Below the pieces are notes generated by a model, which did no database searches, was not told the DNA's origin, and saw only the letters and a program-made list of their open reading frames with translations. This document shows, piece by piece, positions 37,780 through 48,361 of a stretch of DNA of 64,000 nt (position 1 is the stretch's first letter; each line of letters begins with the position of its first letter). Position numbers and translations under genes: made by a program. This DNA comes from Candidatus Binatia bacterium (lineage in GTDB: Bacteria > Desulfobacterota > Binatia > Bin18). Location of the stretch: positions 3,104,001 to 3,168,000 of the forward strand of contig OY761159.2 of assembly GCA_963664395.2 (NCBI GenBank). Direction: 5' to 3'.

Positions 37780-39462
37780 TTATTCGTCCGTCACGCAGCC
37801 TTCGGAGGCATTTTTCACGCTCTTGATATATTTGTACAGCGTCCCGCGCGTCGCCTTGTACGGCGGCATGGTCCACTGTGCCTGACGGCGTGCCATTTCC
37901 TCGTCACTGACGGCAACCTCAAGGCTGTTTTGCTCCGCATCAATGGTGATGATGTCGCCGTCCTGAATCAGGCCGATCGGGCCGCCTTCCTGAGCTTCGG
38001 GGACGATATGACCGATGAGGAAACCGTGCGAGCCGCCGGAAAAACGTCCATCGGTCAAGAGCGCGACACCCCCACCCAGACCGGCACCCACCAGGGCTGA
38101 CGTGGGGGTCAACATTTCCGGCATACCCGGTCCGCCTTTCGGACCCTCGTAGCGAATGACCACGACATCGCCGTGTTTGATCTCCTGGCGTTCGAGCGCG
38201 TGCAGCATGTCCTCTTCCGAGTCGAAGACCTTGGCCGGTCCAGTGAAAACCAAACCTTCTTTCCCGGTAATTTTACCCACCGCCCCACCTGGTGCGAGAT
38301 TGCCCTTGAGAATACAAATATGCCCCGTCTCTTTAATCGGACGTTCGAGCGGTTGAATAATGTCCTGTTCTTCCGGGAGGCCAGGAAGATCCCGCAGATT
38401 TTCGGCCAGGGTCTTGCCCGTCACCGTCAGGCAGTCACCATGCAGCAGCCCTTTGTCCAGGAGATACTGCATCACTGCCGGAGTGCCGCCGATATTATGC
38501 AGATCTTCCATCATGTACTTGCCGCTGGGCTTGAGGTCGGCCACATACGGCACACGGTCACTCACCGCCTGGAAGTCGTCGATGGTGAGTGCCACGTCAA
38601 CAGCGCGAGCCATAGCGATCAGATGCAGCACGGCGTTGGTGGAGCCGCCTAGCGCCATGACCATGGTCATGGCGTTTTCGAACGCTTGACGGGTCATGAT
38701 ATCGCGCGGTTTGATATCCTGCTCCAGCAAGGCGCGCATCGCCTGTCCAGCCCGGAGGCTCTCGTCGAGCTTGCCGGGGTCGGTGGCCGGCGTCGAGGAG
38801 CTGAACGGCAGGCTCATGCCCAGCGCTTCAATGGCTGAGGCCATGGTGTTGGCGGTGTACATGCCGCCACACGCCCCGGCGCCGGGGCAGGCATGGCGGA
38901 CGACATCCTGGCGCTCGGCGTCGGTGATGGTTTTGGCAATATACTGGCCATAGCACTGGAACGCCGACACGATATCGAGCGTCTTACCGCCGCTGTGACC
39001 GGGGCGGATGGTGCCGCCGTAGATCATCAAGGCCGGGCGATTCACACGTCCCATCGCCATGATGACGCCGGGCATATTTTTGTCGCAGCCGGGGATGGTG
39101 ATGAGGCCGTCATACCATTGCGCACCCATAACGGTTTCGATGGAGTCGGCGATGAGGTCGCGCGATTGCAGCGAGAAGCTCATGCCGCTTGTGCCCATAG
39201 AAATGCCGTCGGACACCCCAATCGTGTTGAAACGCATCCCGACCATGTCGGCGGCAACCACGCCCTCTTTGACCTTCGTGGCGATGTCGCCCAGGTGCAT
39301 GTTGCACGGATTGCCGTCGAACCACACGCTGGCGATACCGACTTGGGCGCTCTGCATATCGGCTTCGGTCAGCCCCGTGGCGTACAGCATAGCCTGAGAC
39401 GCCCCCTGCGACTTGGGCTGGGTGATGTGGGCGCTGGTACGATTCAGTTGTGTGTCAGCCAT
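37780..39462 (-). CDS. ilvD: Dihydroxy-acid dehydratase
   Basis: [56 protein letters not shown]. Confidence 0.97.
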   Translation of the reverse strand: MADTQLNRTSAHITQPKSQGASQAMLYATGLTEADMQSAQVGIASVWFDGNPCNMHLGDIATKVKEGVVAADMVGMRFNTIGVSDGISMGTSGMSFSLQSRDLIADSIETVMGAQWYDGLITIPGCDKNMPGVIMAMGRVNRPALMIYGGTIRPGHSGGKTLDIVSAFQCYGQYIAKTITDAERQDVVRHACPGAGACGGMYTANTMASAIEALGMSLPFSSSTPATDPGKLDESLRAGQAMRALLEQDIKPRDIMTRQAFENAMTMVMALGGSTNAVLHLIAMARAVDVALTIDDFQAVSDRVPYVADLKPSGKYMMEDLHNIGGTPAVMQYLLDKGLLHGDCLTVTGKTLAENLRDLPGLPEEQDIIQPLERPIKETGHICILKGNLAPGGAVGKITGKEGLVFTGPAKVFDSEEDMLHALERQEIKHGDVVVIRYEGPKGGPGMPEMLTPTSALVGAGLGGGVALLTDGRFSGGSHGFLIGHIVPEAQEGGPIGLIQDGDIITIDAEQNSLEVAVSDEEMARRQAQWTMPPYKATRGTLYKYIKSVKNASEGCVTDE

Positions 39463-39922
39463 GATAATTCCTCACGAAAAACCGCTCGGGGCGCGCAGGA
39501 TAAAAATGACGGCCACTCATGACGGGACGGGCGACCTCGCAGACGACAAGGTCGCCCGGCGGCATCCAGGCACGTCCTGCGGCGCGTGCCAGCACTTTTT
39601 CCGTCATTGTCAACAGCCTACTATTCTCCCTCAACGCCGATCAAAAGAGTGTTTTAGTGGAGTGACGACGCAGTCTACTGAGAAGCCCCAGAGCTGTCAA
39701 CGTATACTGCGAGATGGAGCGATGCTGGGCCAGAGCGAAGCATCCCACCAACATGCCCTGGAGGAACGTGAGGCGCAGCTGCTCCTCGTTTTTGTTGCCC
39801 AAACGCGCTACCCTGGGCCGATCTTTTACGCGGCAAGCCTGCATGGAAGCTTCGATGTGAGGAGCCCGTCCAGGTATTCTGTGACGGCTGATCAAACAAC
39901 ACGCAGCCCAAGGGAGCAACAC

Positions 39923-40063
39923 ATGACCATCGACCAACACAACGATTTGGAAGCGATCCGCCAGCTCAAAGCGCTCTCGGAAGACGGCAACCCACAGCTT
40001 GGTACTGTCCTGAAGATTGCCAAGGCGTTGGGGTTGGAGTTCAGGGTCAAGCCGGCCGCGTAG
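39923..40063 (+). pseudogene. Chimeric stub: SnoaL/NTF2-like N-terminus fused to an HTH antitoxin C-terminus
   Basis: MTIDQHNDLEAIRQLKA|LSEDGNPQLGTVLKIAKALGLEFRVKPAA. Confidence 0.65.
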
Positions 40064-40261
40064 CACGGGTTGCTTAAGGATGAGAAAGTAGGATCGTGTA
40101 TGAGAAAAGCATATGGATGTAGATGCCTGGCAGTATATAAATCTATATGCATGTGCAGGCAGGATAATTATAGTTAGGTGGCATACCTCCGCTAGGTGGA
40201 GTCGTAGTCATCCGCATCTAAAGCGACAGACAAATATGGCGAGAGTACCGGAGGAGAACCC

Positions 40262-40621
40262 ATGCACATATTAGCCATCATATGGCATCCCAATGCCCGT
40301 TGGCACGCTTTGAGTGAAGTTGACAAACTCGCGTATCTGAAATCGCTGGACGTCTATATAAACGCTGGGCGTGCAGGCGGCGCGGTCGTTTTGGGCTGGA
40401 GTAAGATTGACCAAACTCTACCGAAAGCTCCCGAAAAGGGGTTCGTCGGAGTTTTTGGGCTGAGCAGCGCTGAACAAGTTCACGAATTTGAGAAAGTTGT
40501 CGTAGAAGCCGAGTGGTACGAGTACTTTGATTCTGCGAATATCAGCATTGATCTACTTGGTGCAACCGAACCAGAGCCGCACAAGATTTATGCCAGGCTG
40601 CTGAACGTATCGCTAGGATAA
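40262..40621 (+). CDS. Hypothetical protein (DUF6616-like)
   Basis: GGAGGAG RBS; W.P..RW.ALS and FE..V..AEWYEYF motifs. Confidence 0.7.
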   Translation: MHILAIIWHPNARWHALSEVDKLAYLKSLDVYINAGRAGGAVVLGWSKIDQTLPKAPEKGFVGVFGLSSAEQVHEFEKVVVEAEWYEYFDSANISIDLLGATEPEPHKIYARLLNVSLG

Positions 40622-40749
40622 CGGTAAAGATTGTGTCTAGAAGCTATCTCATAAATAGGAGAGCCGCCACTTTTGCCTAGGATCGGCGGCCTATAGAGCA
40701 CCCGTCAGACATTTATGAGATAGCTTCTAGCAGATGTGGGATCACGAGT

Positions 40750-41088
40750 GTGATCGAGACTGACTATCTTATCGTCGGAGCCGGGGCTTCCGGTATGGCG
40801 TTTGCTGACGCGCTCATCGCTGAATGTGATGCTGACGTCGTGATGGTCGATCGGCGCCACTGTCCGGGCGGCCATTGGAACGATGCTTACCCGTTCGTGC
40901 GCATTCACCACGCCTCGGCCTGCTACGGGGTCAACTCGCGGATGCTGGGCACGGATTCGATCGACCAAACCGGCCCGAACGCAGGATTCTATGAGCGCTC
41001 GACGGCTCTTGATCGCTGGCAGGCCAACGCCAAACAGGCGTTAAAAAATGCCGAACGGCTGCTGGCTGAAGCGTCGTCGCCGGGCTGA
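40750..41088 (+). pseudogene. FAD/NAD(P)-binding oxidoreductase, internally deleted
   Basis: DYLIVGAGASGMAFAD, PGGHWNDAYPFVR.H, YGVNS; jumps at FYERS to a C-terminal-like helix; only 112 aa. Confidence 0.75.
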
Positions 41089-41239
41089 ATCGCGGCCGAT
41101 AACCGTGCAGTCGGATCGGAGTGCGGTCCCGGGGCGTGTCGGCCAATACGCTTCATGCCATGCTGAATGACGCCAAGCGTATTGAGGACGCCAAGCGCAG
41201 GGATGATACAGTCAATAATGACGAGAGAGGAGCCCAAAC

Positions 41240-42580
41240 GTGAAAAAATTGATGCATCTGAATGGTTTTGTGATGTTTGGCCCAATGAATCATTCTGTGG
41301 GCTCATGGTTGCATCCTGACAGCCAGGTCGCCGCCTCGTTTGCGAAACCTGAAATCTGGCAGGACATGGCGCGGACGCTGGAACGCGGCAAGTTCGATGC
41401 AATCTTTTTTGCCGATACCTTAGCCGCATTCGGGAATTACCGTAACCGGATGGACGAAGCGCTCACCCATGCTATCCAGTTTCCCATGCACGATCCGACC
41501 TTGGTCATCCCGATGCTGGCGGCGGTGACCGAGAGGCTCGGTTACGCGGTGACACTTTCCCTGACCTACTACCAGCCGTACATGGCGGTGCGCAAATTGA
41601 GCACGCTTGATCATCTGACCAAAGGGCGGATTGGATGGAACATCGTCACCTCCGCCCACGTGGCCGAGGCCGTGAACCTTGGAATGGAAAAAATGGTCCC
41701 GCACACCGAGCGCTATGAGCGTGCAGACGAATACATGGAGGTCTGCCACAAACTGTGGAACAGCTGGGAGCCAGACGCGGTAGTAGCGGACAAGAAGACG
41801 GGGGTGTTTGTTGATGCAAGCAAAGTCCACCCGATCAATCACAAAGGCAAATGGTTTTCATGCCCCGGTATTTCGGCGGTTGAACCCTCGCCGCAGGGGC
41901 ACCCCGTACTTTTTCAGGCGGGCGCGTCAGATGCAGGTCGTGACTTTTGCGCCAAGCATGCGGAGGCGGCATTTGGTGTGCAGCTCACCACGCGTGCATT
42001 GAAGTCTTTTGCCGACGATATGCGGGGAAGGTTAAAGAAAAACGGCAGAGATCCATCCCGCCTCAAGTACATCTGGGGCATTCAGACTATCCTGGGTGGG
42101 ACCGAAGCAGAGGCGAGGCGCAGGCATCAAGAGTTTAATGCATTGGTCCCGTATGAAGGCGGCCTCGCGCTCCTTTCCGGGCACTCCAACCATGATTTGT
42201 CGCAGTACGATCTTGATGAGCCGATTGAAGACATCGAGGTCGAAGGCATCCAAGGCTTATTGGATATTTTTACCAAGATGTATCAGGCCGGCGACTTAGG
42301 AAAAGACAAACTGACCATGCGCGAAGTCGGGAAAATCTACGGTGCAACGATTGGCTGCCCGCAAATTGTCGGGACGCCTGAACAAGTCGCTGACCAGATG
42401 GAAGCCATACTCGATGAAACCGGTGGCGACGGCTTTAACATCACACCGACAGTCATGCCGAACAACCTCAAAGAATTCGTTGACGAGGTCGTACCTGTAT
42501 TGCAAAAGCGCGGGCGGCACCGGCGCGAATACACCGGCGACACACTACGCGACCATCTCAATCAGGACGTCTGTGGGTAA
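41240..42580 (+). CDS. NtaA/DmoA/SoxA-family FMN-dependent monooxygenase
   Basis: ERGKFDAIFFAD, LDHLTKGRIGWNIVTS, PVLFQAGAS..GRDF, VVPVLQKRG, TLRDHL. Confidence 0.93.
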   Translation: MKKLMHLNGFVMFGPMNHSVGSWLHPDSQVAASFAKPEIWQDMARTLERGKFDAIFFADTLAAFGNYRNRMDEALTHAIQFPMHDPTLVIPMLAAVTERLGYAVTLSLTYYQPYMAVRKLSTLDHLTKGRIGWNIVTSAHVAEAVNLGMEKMVPHTERYERADEYMEVCHKLWNSWEPDAVVADKKTGVFVDASKVHPINHKGKWFSCPGISAVEPSPQGHPVLFQAGASDAGRDFCAKHAEAAFGVQLTTRALKSFADDMRGRLKKNGRDPSRLKYIWGIQTILGGTEAEARRRHQEFNALVPYEGGLALLSGHSNHDLSQYDLDEPIEDIEVEGIQGLLDIFTKMYQAGDLGKDKLTMREVGKIYGATIGCPQIVGTPEQVADQMEAILDETGGDGFNITPTVMPNNLKEFVDEVVPVLQKRGRHRREYTGDTLRDHLNQDVCG

Positions 42581-42725
42581 GCAGGCCGAAGCCTGTTGCC
42601 CGCTGTCGCCGAGGGTGGGACACGCTTTGATGAGCGCGGTCTGGAGCTCGGCCCGTGTTAAATAAGAGCCCCACAGTTCCCATAGGACTGGGAACAGCTG
42701 AGCCGTCTCCCCGAGTTGCTGGCAG

Positions 42726-43023
42726 GGTACTGTCAAATCGCGCTGAGGTCTCCCATCAACCTACCCGCCAGCGCGAACGCCATATGCGCCGCTTCAAGTC
42801 TCTACGCCAGGTCCAGCGGTTTCTCTCCGTCCATAGCCCCATCAATAATCTCTTTCGGGTGGGACGGCATCTCATGAAGGCGGCTCACTATCGACGGTTT
42901 CGAGAGCAGGCCTTTACAACGTGGCGAGAGGTGACAATGGGTCAGGCAGCGGCGTAAGAGGGGCTCTCATCTGACCTCACACTACATGATGTGCTCGCTC
43001 CGTTTCGATAACTTGACAGTACG
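42726..43023 (+). mobile_element. Internally deleted IS6-family element
   Basis: IRL stub ggtactgtcaa fused directly to the transposase 3' end (NRAEVSHQPTRQRERHMRRFKS..QRFLSVH); IRR aacttgacagtac. Confidence 0.85.
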
Positions 43024-43075
43024 GCGCGAAATGACCTAGGACTCGAACATCAACTCAGATTCAGGGGGAGGGGAG

Positions 43076-43783
43076 ATGAATATTCGAAACCAATTGATTT
43101 GTGCCTGGTCCGCGGTGGGGTTCGCCGTGATTTGTCTGGCCGGGTTTTTGTTCGCGAATTTCATTCCGCCGATTTCGCCGAACCTCAGCGCCGAAGAAGT
43201 TGCGGCGATCTATAGCGAAAACGCCCTGTCCATGCGCTTCGGGATTTTGCTGATTATGAGCAGTGCCGGGTTTATTTGTTCGTTCGCTGCGGCGCTGGCC
43301 ATGCAGATGAAACGTATCGAAGGCGATCTCGTCCCCGTATTTACGTTCGCGCAACTTGGCGCTGGCTGTATCACCACGCTGGTGTTTGTGTTTGCAGGCG
43401 TGTTTTGGACGGGGGCGGCATTCCGGCCTGATCACGATCCTGAGTTGACCCGGATGCTGAACGATCTTGGTTGGATCACGATGTTAATGACCTTCGCGCC
43501 GTTCATAATCCAGAACATTGCCCTCGGCCTGTGTATCTTGAGTGATAAGCAGGCGGAGCCGGTATTCCCGCGTTGGGTCGGTTACTACAATCTATGGGTG
43601 GCGGTGCTGTTTGTTCCTGGCGGGCTTTTAACCTTTTTCAAGACGGGGCCTTTCGCGTGGGATGGCTTGTTTGTCTGGTGGGTACCGTTTGCGGTCTTTT
43701 TTACCTGGTATCTCGCGATGTTCTACATCCTTCTGGGCGCGATAAAACGGCAGGCGCAATCTGAACCGGCGGTGGCCGCCTAG
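43076..43783 (+). CDS. Uncharacterised multi-pass membrane protein
   Basis: About 6 TM helices; AAFRP, NDLGW, FPRWVGYYNLW, FKTGPFAWDG motifs. Confidence 0.8.
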   Translation: MNIRNQLICAWSAVGFAVICLAGFLFANFIPPISPNLSAEEVAAIYSENALSMRFGILLIMSSAGFICSFAAALAMQMKRIEGDLVPVFTFAQLGAGCITTLVFVFAGVFWTGAAFRPDHDPELTRMLNDLGWITMLMTFAPFIIQNIALGLCILSDKQAEPVFPRWVGYYNLWVAVLFVPGGLLTFFKTGPFAWDGLFVWWVPFAVFFTWYLAMFYILLGAIKRQAQSEPAVAA

Positions 43784-43798
43784 AAAGACGAATCACCA

Positions 43799-44386
43799 AT
43801 GTCTTCAACTGACGAGCTGCCGGACTCGGTCGAGCCGCACCTGCCTGGCGAAACCGGCGTTTGGATGTTCATCATCGGTGACGTCCTGGTCTTTTCGCTG
43901 TTGTTCGCGGTATTTGTCTACGATCGATCGCAAGAAGTCGCGTTATTCGTCGAACAGCAGCAACTGCTCAACCAAACCTTCGGGCTCGTCAACACCTTGC
44001 TCTTGTTGACGAGTTCTTGGTTCGTCGTACTCGCCGTTCTCGGCGCTCGGACAGGCCAGCTTTCGCGGGCCCGCGGCTGTTTCGTGTTGGCAACCCTTGG
44101 CGGTATTGGTTTCGTCGTCCTCAAATATTTTGAATGGAGCGAAAAGCTTGCCGCCGGTTTGACTATAGAAACGAATAATTTCTTTATGTACTACTACCTG
44201 ATGACTGGTATCCACCTGATGCACATGGTGATTGGGATTGGTGTTCTGGTTTTCCTCTGGCACTCCGTGCGCGATGCGGAATTTGATGCTCAAGGCGTGG
44301 GCGTGCTCGAAAGCGGGGCGTGTTATTGGCACCTCGTGGACATCTTGTGGATCGCGCTTTTCGCGCTGCTGTATCTGATGCGGTGA
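43799..44386 (+). CDS. Cytochrome c oxidase subunit III-like protein (short, NorE-like)
   Basis: GVWMFI.GD..FS.LF, NTLLLLTSS, YYLMTGIHLMHM..G, YWHLVDILW. Confidence 0.9.
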   Translation: MSSTDELPDSVEPHLPGETGVWMFIIGDVLVFSLLFAVFVYDRSQEVALFVEQQQLLNQTFGLVNTLLLLTSSWFVVLAVLGARTGQLSRARGCFVLATLGGIGFVVLKYFEWSEKLAAGLTIETNNFFMYYYLMTGIHLMHMVIGIGVLVFLWHSVRDAEFDAQGVGVLESGACYWHLVDILWIALFALLYLMR

Positions 44387-44389
44387 CGC

Positions 44390-44665
44390 ATGGCAGTTTC
44401 GCTTCAATCCAGAGTGACCGTTATTTGGGCCGGCTTGATAGTGGCGACGGGATTGTCGTGGCAGTTTGGGCATGGATTCGGTTTTGGGGAGAAATTTCAC
44501 TACGCGACCGTCGCCATTTTGATTATCACCTTTGTCAAAATCCGTTTCGTCTTTCTTGATTTCATGGAACTCAGAACGGCGCCATGGCCACTGCGAATGG
44601 CGTTTGAAGTGTGGGCCATCTCGCTCTGTGTCACCCTCATTGGACTGTATTGGTTAGGGGTGTAG
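44390..44665 (+). CDS. Cytochrome c oxidase subunit IV family protein
   Basis: 3 TM helices, K.RFV.LDFMELR.AP. Confidence 0.82.
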   Translation: MAVSLQSRVTVIWAGLIVATGLSWQFGHGFGFGEKFHYATVAILIITFVKIRFVFLDFMELRTAPWPLRMAFEVWAISLCVTLIGLYWLGV

Positions 44666-44755
44666 TGCAGGGTTTCTTCCAATCACCGATACATCTGAAC
44701 CACTAAAAGAACAAACTAAAGTAATGCCGAAGACTTCTTAGATGGGGACAGTAAC

Positions 44756-45433
44756 ATGTTAATAACAAATCCTGGCGGTGAAATCGCCGTCGTTCATACA
44801 CTCACTTTCGAGGACGCAGAGCAGCGACGGCAGTTTCACGAGTATGCAAATACGCCCGATGGATTACCTGTGGCGCGTGAAGCGCCTGGGAACCTGTTCG
44901 TGAGTCCATATGATGCCTGTCATAACGAGCGCACAACGTATATGTTCAGTCGCTGGGAAAGCGAGGAAGCTTGGGACGCCTATTCGCAGCACAGAAAAGA
45001 CATTTCTCCCGATTGGTTCCTGCCGATGATGGAACCCCAGCATATTTTGCGTTTACGCGAGCTAGACTCTAGTCCAACAATAAACAGCACCCAGGCACCC
45101 TTGTATGGCGCGCCCCCGGGCAGCGTCTGCAATTTTCACATCTGGCAATTTGACAACGCCGAATTTAGAGATGAGGTCAACGAGTTTTGGGGAATGGAAC
45201 CGGGTCTTCCGTCATCTGTGGCATATCCCGGAAATATCGTTGTCTCGGCATTTGAAGCCATTGATAGAGAAAATCAACTCGTTGTCGTGAGCGCATGGGA
45301 AAGCGAAGAAATTTTTAAGGCTTACCGGCAAATGAGAAGAGACACAGCGCCTCCTATTGTCCAACCCTTTCTGGTAGACGAAGTAATGGTTCAGGCAACG
45401 GTTGTGGATTCGGATCAGAGGGCGCGCATTTAA
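44756..45433 (+). CDS. Tandem ABM-like (dimeric alpha-beta barrel) protein
   Basis: Internal duplication: GLP....PGN ... S.WESEE....Y...R occurs twice. Confidence 0.7.
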   Translation: MLITNPGGEIAVVHTLTFEDAEQRRQFHEYANTPDGLPVAREAPGNLFVSPYDACHNERTTYMFSRWESEEAWDAYSQHRKDISPDWFLPMMEPQHILRLRELDSSPTINSTQAPLYGAPPGSVCNFHIWQFDNAEFRDEVNEFWGMEPGLPSSVAYPGNIVVSAFEAIDRENQLVVVSAWESEEIFKAYRQMRRDTAPPIVQPFLVDEVMVQATVVDSDQRARI

Positions 45434-45547
45434 AGCCAGAAAAGGTGTCAGGTTTATTTCTGGTCCCCTATTTCCCGACTTTGCCTGCGCGTGGTAAGTC
45501 GCTCGAAGTGCTACATCCCGTTCATGCTACGCACCGGCTTTCCGTCG

Positions 45548-45627
45548 GGTATTGTCAAGTTGTGGGCCTCTTGTGAAGCATCGCGGTGATATGGCAGTAG
45601 TCACGGCGTGCTCACCCGTACCACAGG
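45548..45627 (-). mobile_element. Isolated IS6-like right end, copy 1
   Basis: ggtattgtcaagtt IR followed by about 70 bp similar to 47683-47762. Confidence 0.55.
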
Positions 45628-45630
45628 TCT

Positions 45631-45681
45631 CTATGCTGCTGACAGTCCGGCCATTCCACCGCCAATCACTATAACTTTCAC
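45631..45681 (-). pseudogene. FAD-dependent oxidoreductase N-terminal stub
   Basis: VKVIVIGGGMAGLSAA* Rossmann start, cut next to the IS6-like end. Confidence 0.6.
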
Positions 45682-45736
45682 ACGATTCCTCACTTTTCGG
45701 TTGCTATCGTACCCACAATCAACGCCAGCTCGAGAA

Positions 45737-46393
45737 TCAGGGAGAACCTTCTGCCGGCTTAGCCATTTGCTGCATGAGAGTAGGAGGTCCCTCGCTGAGT
45801 CGCGCCTCGCCTGTCGGGACAAATGCGCCGCCGATCTTACCGAGGAGAATCTGCGCGTTCATTTCTGCGCCCTCCTTCCCGGCCTCTTTAATCGCAGGGA
45901 ACTGGGCCATCAAGATGTCGGCAGCGCTGTGGTAGACGTGCGACGGGTCTCCGCGCCAAGCCGGTAGCGCTGCGAGCTGCTCCTCGCTGAGGTCCTTTAC
46001 GAAATGCCGCGCTTGCAGGGGCATTAACTCCGCATTGTCCAAGCCCTCGAACTCCTTGTAATTCATGACCTGCGTCACCACTAATTTCTTGGCGTAGGCG
46101 GGATGGTCGGCGAACAAAACACTCCAACAGTCCGTGCAATAAAAGCGAGTGGTGTCGGCGTTTTCGAAATTCAGAAAGGCCCCAAGCTTATCCTCGCCCG
46201 TCACGATCTTGAACTCATTTGGGAACCAACTGGTATCCAAACACTGATGGATCGGAAGGGAAGGCCCCCCGCGCTTGTTCGCGTACCACAAGGCCGCAGT
46301 GCAATCGTGGCAGCAACACTCAAGCCGGAACAAATCGTTTTTGGTGAAGAACTCAATTTGCACGGTTGTACACTTACAAGTAATAGTCGCCAT
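45737..46393 (-). CDS. GFA/CENP-V-like zinc-binding protein (divergent)
   Basis: C.C, CCCHDC, RFYCTDC. Confidence 0.7.
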   Translation of the reverse strand: MATITCKCTTVQIEFFTKNDLFRLECCCHDCTAALWYANKRGGPSLPIHQCLDTSWFPNEFKIVTGEDKLGAFLNFENADTTRFYCTDCWSVLFADHPAYAKKLVVTQVMNYKEFEGLDNAELMPLQARHFVKDLSEEQLAALPAWRGDPSHVYHSAADILMAQFPAIKEAGKEGAEMNAQILLGKIGGAFVPTGEARLSEGPPTLMQQMAKPAEGSP

Positions 46394-46627
46394 ATGTCAG
46401 TGTCCGGTACGCAAGATTGTTGGCAACAAGGCTACTCGCCCAAAAGAGGAAGTCAAGTTAAGTGAGTCACTACAGACAAAATCTAGTGTATGTGCGGCGC
46501 GATGTGCGAGGTAAAAAGATCGAGCGATCTTTGGCTTTCCTCCGGACTCAATGAGCCCCATGCGAACGAACCGACGAAATAATTGATCCCACTCTCCGAG
46601 ACCAACTTAATTGCCGTCTTACTGACC

Positions 46628-47575
46628 TTAGCTGGACACAACAAACTCCACTAAAACCCGACACTCAATCGATTCGCGCGCGGGTGTGGCAGCATCCGAG
46701 GCGGCGAGGCGAAAAGAAGTATGGGCGGTATTTGGCGGACATTGTTCGGCGGTGCACGCTCCGAGTTCGGCTGAAGAGTCGAACACCTTAAAAATGAAAG
46801 CCTCGTTGTGGCGCATTTCGCTATAGTAGATCCAACGCTGCTCGGGATTTCTGACAACAGTGACCACTTCCCCGACTCGGTCGGGATAAATATAGAGACT
46901 GTTGAGGAAGTCCTCCGGACGGGCAGATTGGGCATCGAGTACCGCGAGTGGGTAATCCAAGACTGGGTAGTCCTTGCGGAAATGCCGCCAGGCATTAAAT
47001 ATCCCAAACCGTCCGGACGCTATTTTTTCCGCCTCGTGCTCCGTTAATGGCGGTTTGGGCAAGGTCAAACTACCGCCCGCCTCTTTCGCTTTAGACAATA
47101 GGCGCACCCGATTTTTCGCCGAAGCACTCGTGTTGTCGTTATGCGCCGTACTCGCATAGCCGCCGACGTTCTCGCCGTTGGTCTCTTTTTCTCCTTTGGC
47201 TTTTCGGACCCTTGAGCGAATCGTGTGGTCGAAAACAATCGCGCGTTTCACCGCATCGGCACCGCCAAGCGCTTCAGTCACGAGGCGACTCATTTCAGGG
47301 TAATACGTATGCACGATCTTCTCGGAGTCCAAGCCATCGTTGTGTAAATCGAGGGCTGTGTCGAAATCCCCGGCCAGGCAATAGCCATTTCTCATTAACG
47401 CTGGGGGCTTTGACAACGTCCGGCCGTCGTGCACCCCAACGGGAAACGGTTTTGATTCACCATTTTTGCGCCGCGTCACCCCGGCCGGCAGTTGTTTAAA
47501 ACTGTTGTCATACGTGTAGCGCTGGCTGCCATCCGAGTTCGGGATTGCATAATGAATCTGTGCTGTCGTTATCAT
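46628..47575 (-). CDS. CmcJ/NvfI-family oxidoreductase
   Basis: YYPE, FDHTIR, HND, NAWR, PLAVLDA, W.YY..M...E...FK.FDS, HTSF, RESIECR. Confidence 0.87.
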   Translation of the reverse strand: MITTAQIHYAIPNSDGSQRYTYDNSFKQLPAGVTRRKNGESKPFPVGVHDGRTLSKPPALMRNGYCLAGDFDTALDLHNDGLDSEKIVHTYYPEMSRLVTEALGGADAVKRAIVFDHTIRSRVRKAKGEKETNGENVGGYASTAHNDNTSASAKNRVRLLSKAKEAGGSLTLPKPPLTEHEAEKIASGRFGIFNAWRHFRKDYPVLDYPLAVLDAQSARPEDFLNSLYIYPDRVGEVVTVVRNPEQRWIYYSEMRHNEAFIFKVFDSSAELGACTAEQCPPNTAHTSFRLAASDAATPARESIECRVLVEFVVSS

Positions 47576-47682
47576 TGCACGCCTCAAAAATTTATTCTCA
47601 CCAAGAAATGATTACACGACTATAGGCCACCTGCCTGCCGGCGGCGATTTTTTAGGTGATGCATTGTTTCTTCCCTGTGAAA

Positions 47683-47762
47683 GATATTGTCAAGTTGTTG
47701 GCCCTTTGTGAAGGATAGCAGTGAAGTGCACCAAGTCATGGCATGTCCTCACCTACCACAAG
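47683..47762 (-). mobile_element. Isolated IS6-like right end, copy 2
   Basis: gatattgtcaagttgttggccctttgtgaag, similar to and in the same orientation as 45548. Confidence 0.5.
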
Positions 47763-47893
47763 TCAGTACAAGAATCAGCCGTATCACCGCTTCGGCCTCA
47801 GCTTATGCCAGCGCTTCCAATAACGCCTTCGCCTTTCGACTTGTGACACACCCGCCAACCTGCTAGGGCCGTAGGCAAAAGGAGGATTCTATT

Positions 47894-48349
47894 ATGCCGG
47901 TTTCAACTCCCTTTACGGGTGGGTGCGCGTGTGGCGCGATTCGGTATGCATGTTCGGCTGAGCCTATGATGTCTCTCAATTGTCACTGTCGTGACTGCCA
48001 ACGCGCCACGGGCAGCGCGTACAATACCGTAGTTGGTGTTCCTGCCGCCAAGGTGCAGTTCACCCAAGGGAGTCCCCAATACTATGAGACGTCTGGGGAG
48101 CGCGGGACCTCGGTCCGCCATGGCTTCTGTCCGACGTGTGGCTCTCCGCTGGTCGCCCTCCCGTCGGCGTATCCCGCCATGATGTCCCTCCACGCCAGTA
48201 GCTTGGATGATCCTAGTTGGGTTCGGCCTGCCGCCGACATTTGGACGGCCAGTGCCCAACCGTGGGATGCGATGAATCCCGCGATTCCAAAGTTTGAGAC
48301 CCAGCCAACAGAGGAGGAATTTCAGGCCATCCTAGCCCCACGGAGTTAA
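47894..48349 (+). CDS. GFA family protein
   Basis: GGCACGAIRY, CHCRDCQRATG, FCPTCGSPL, SLDDP. Confidence 0.92.
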   Translation: MPVSTPFTGGCACGAIRYACSAEPMMSLNCHCRDCQRATGSAYNTVVGVPAAKVQFTQGSPQYYETSGERGTSVRHGFCPTCGSPLVALPSAYPAMMSLHASSLDDPSWVRPAADIWTASAQPWDAMNPAIPKFETQPTEEEFQAILAPRS

Positions 48350-48361
48350 TCACCGCCTGTG

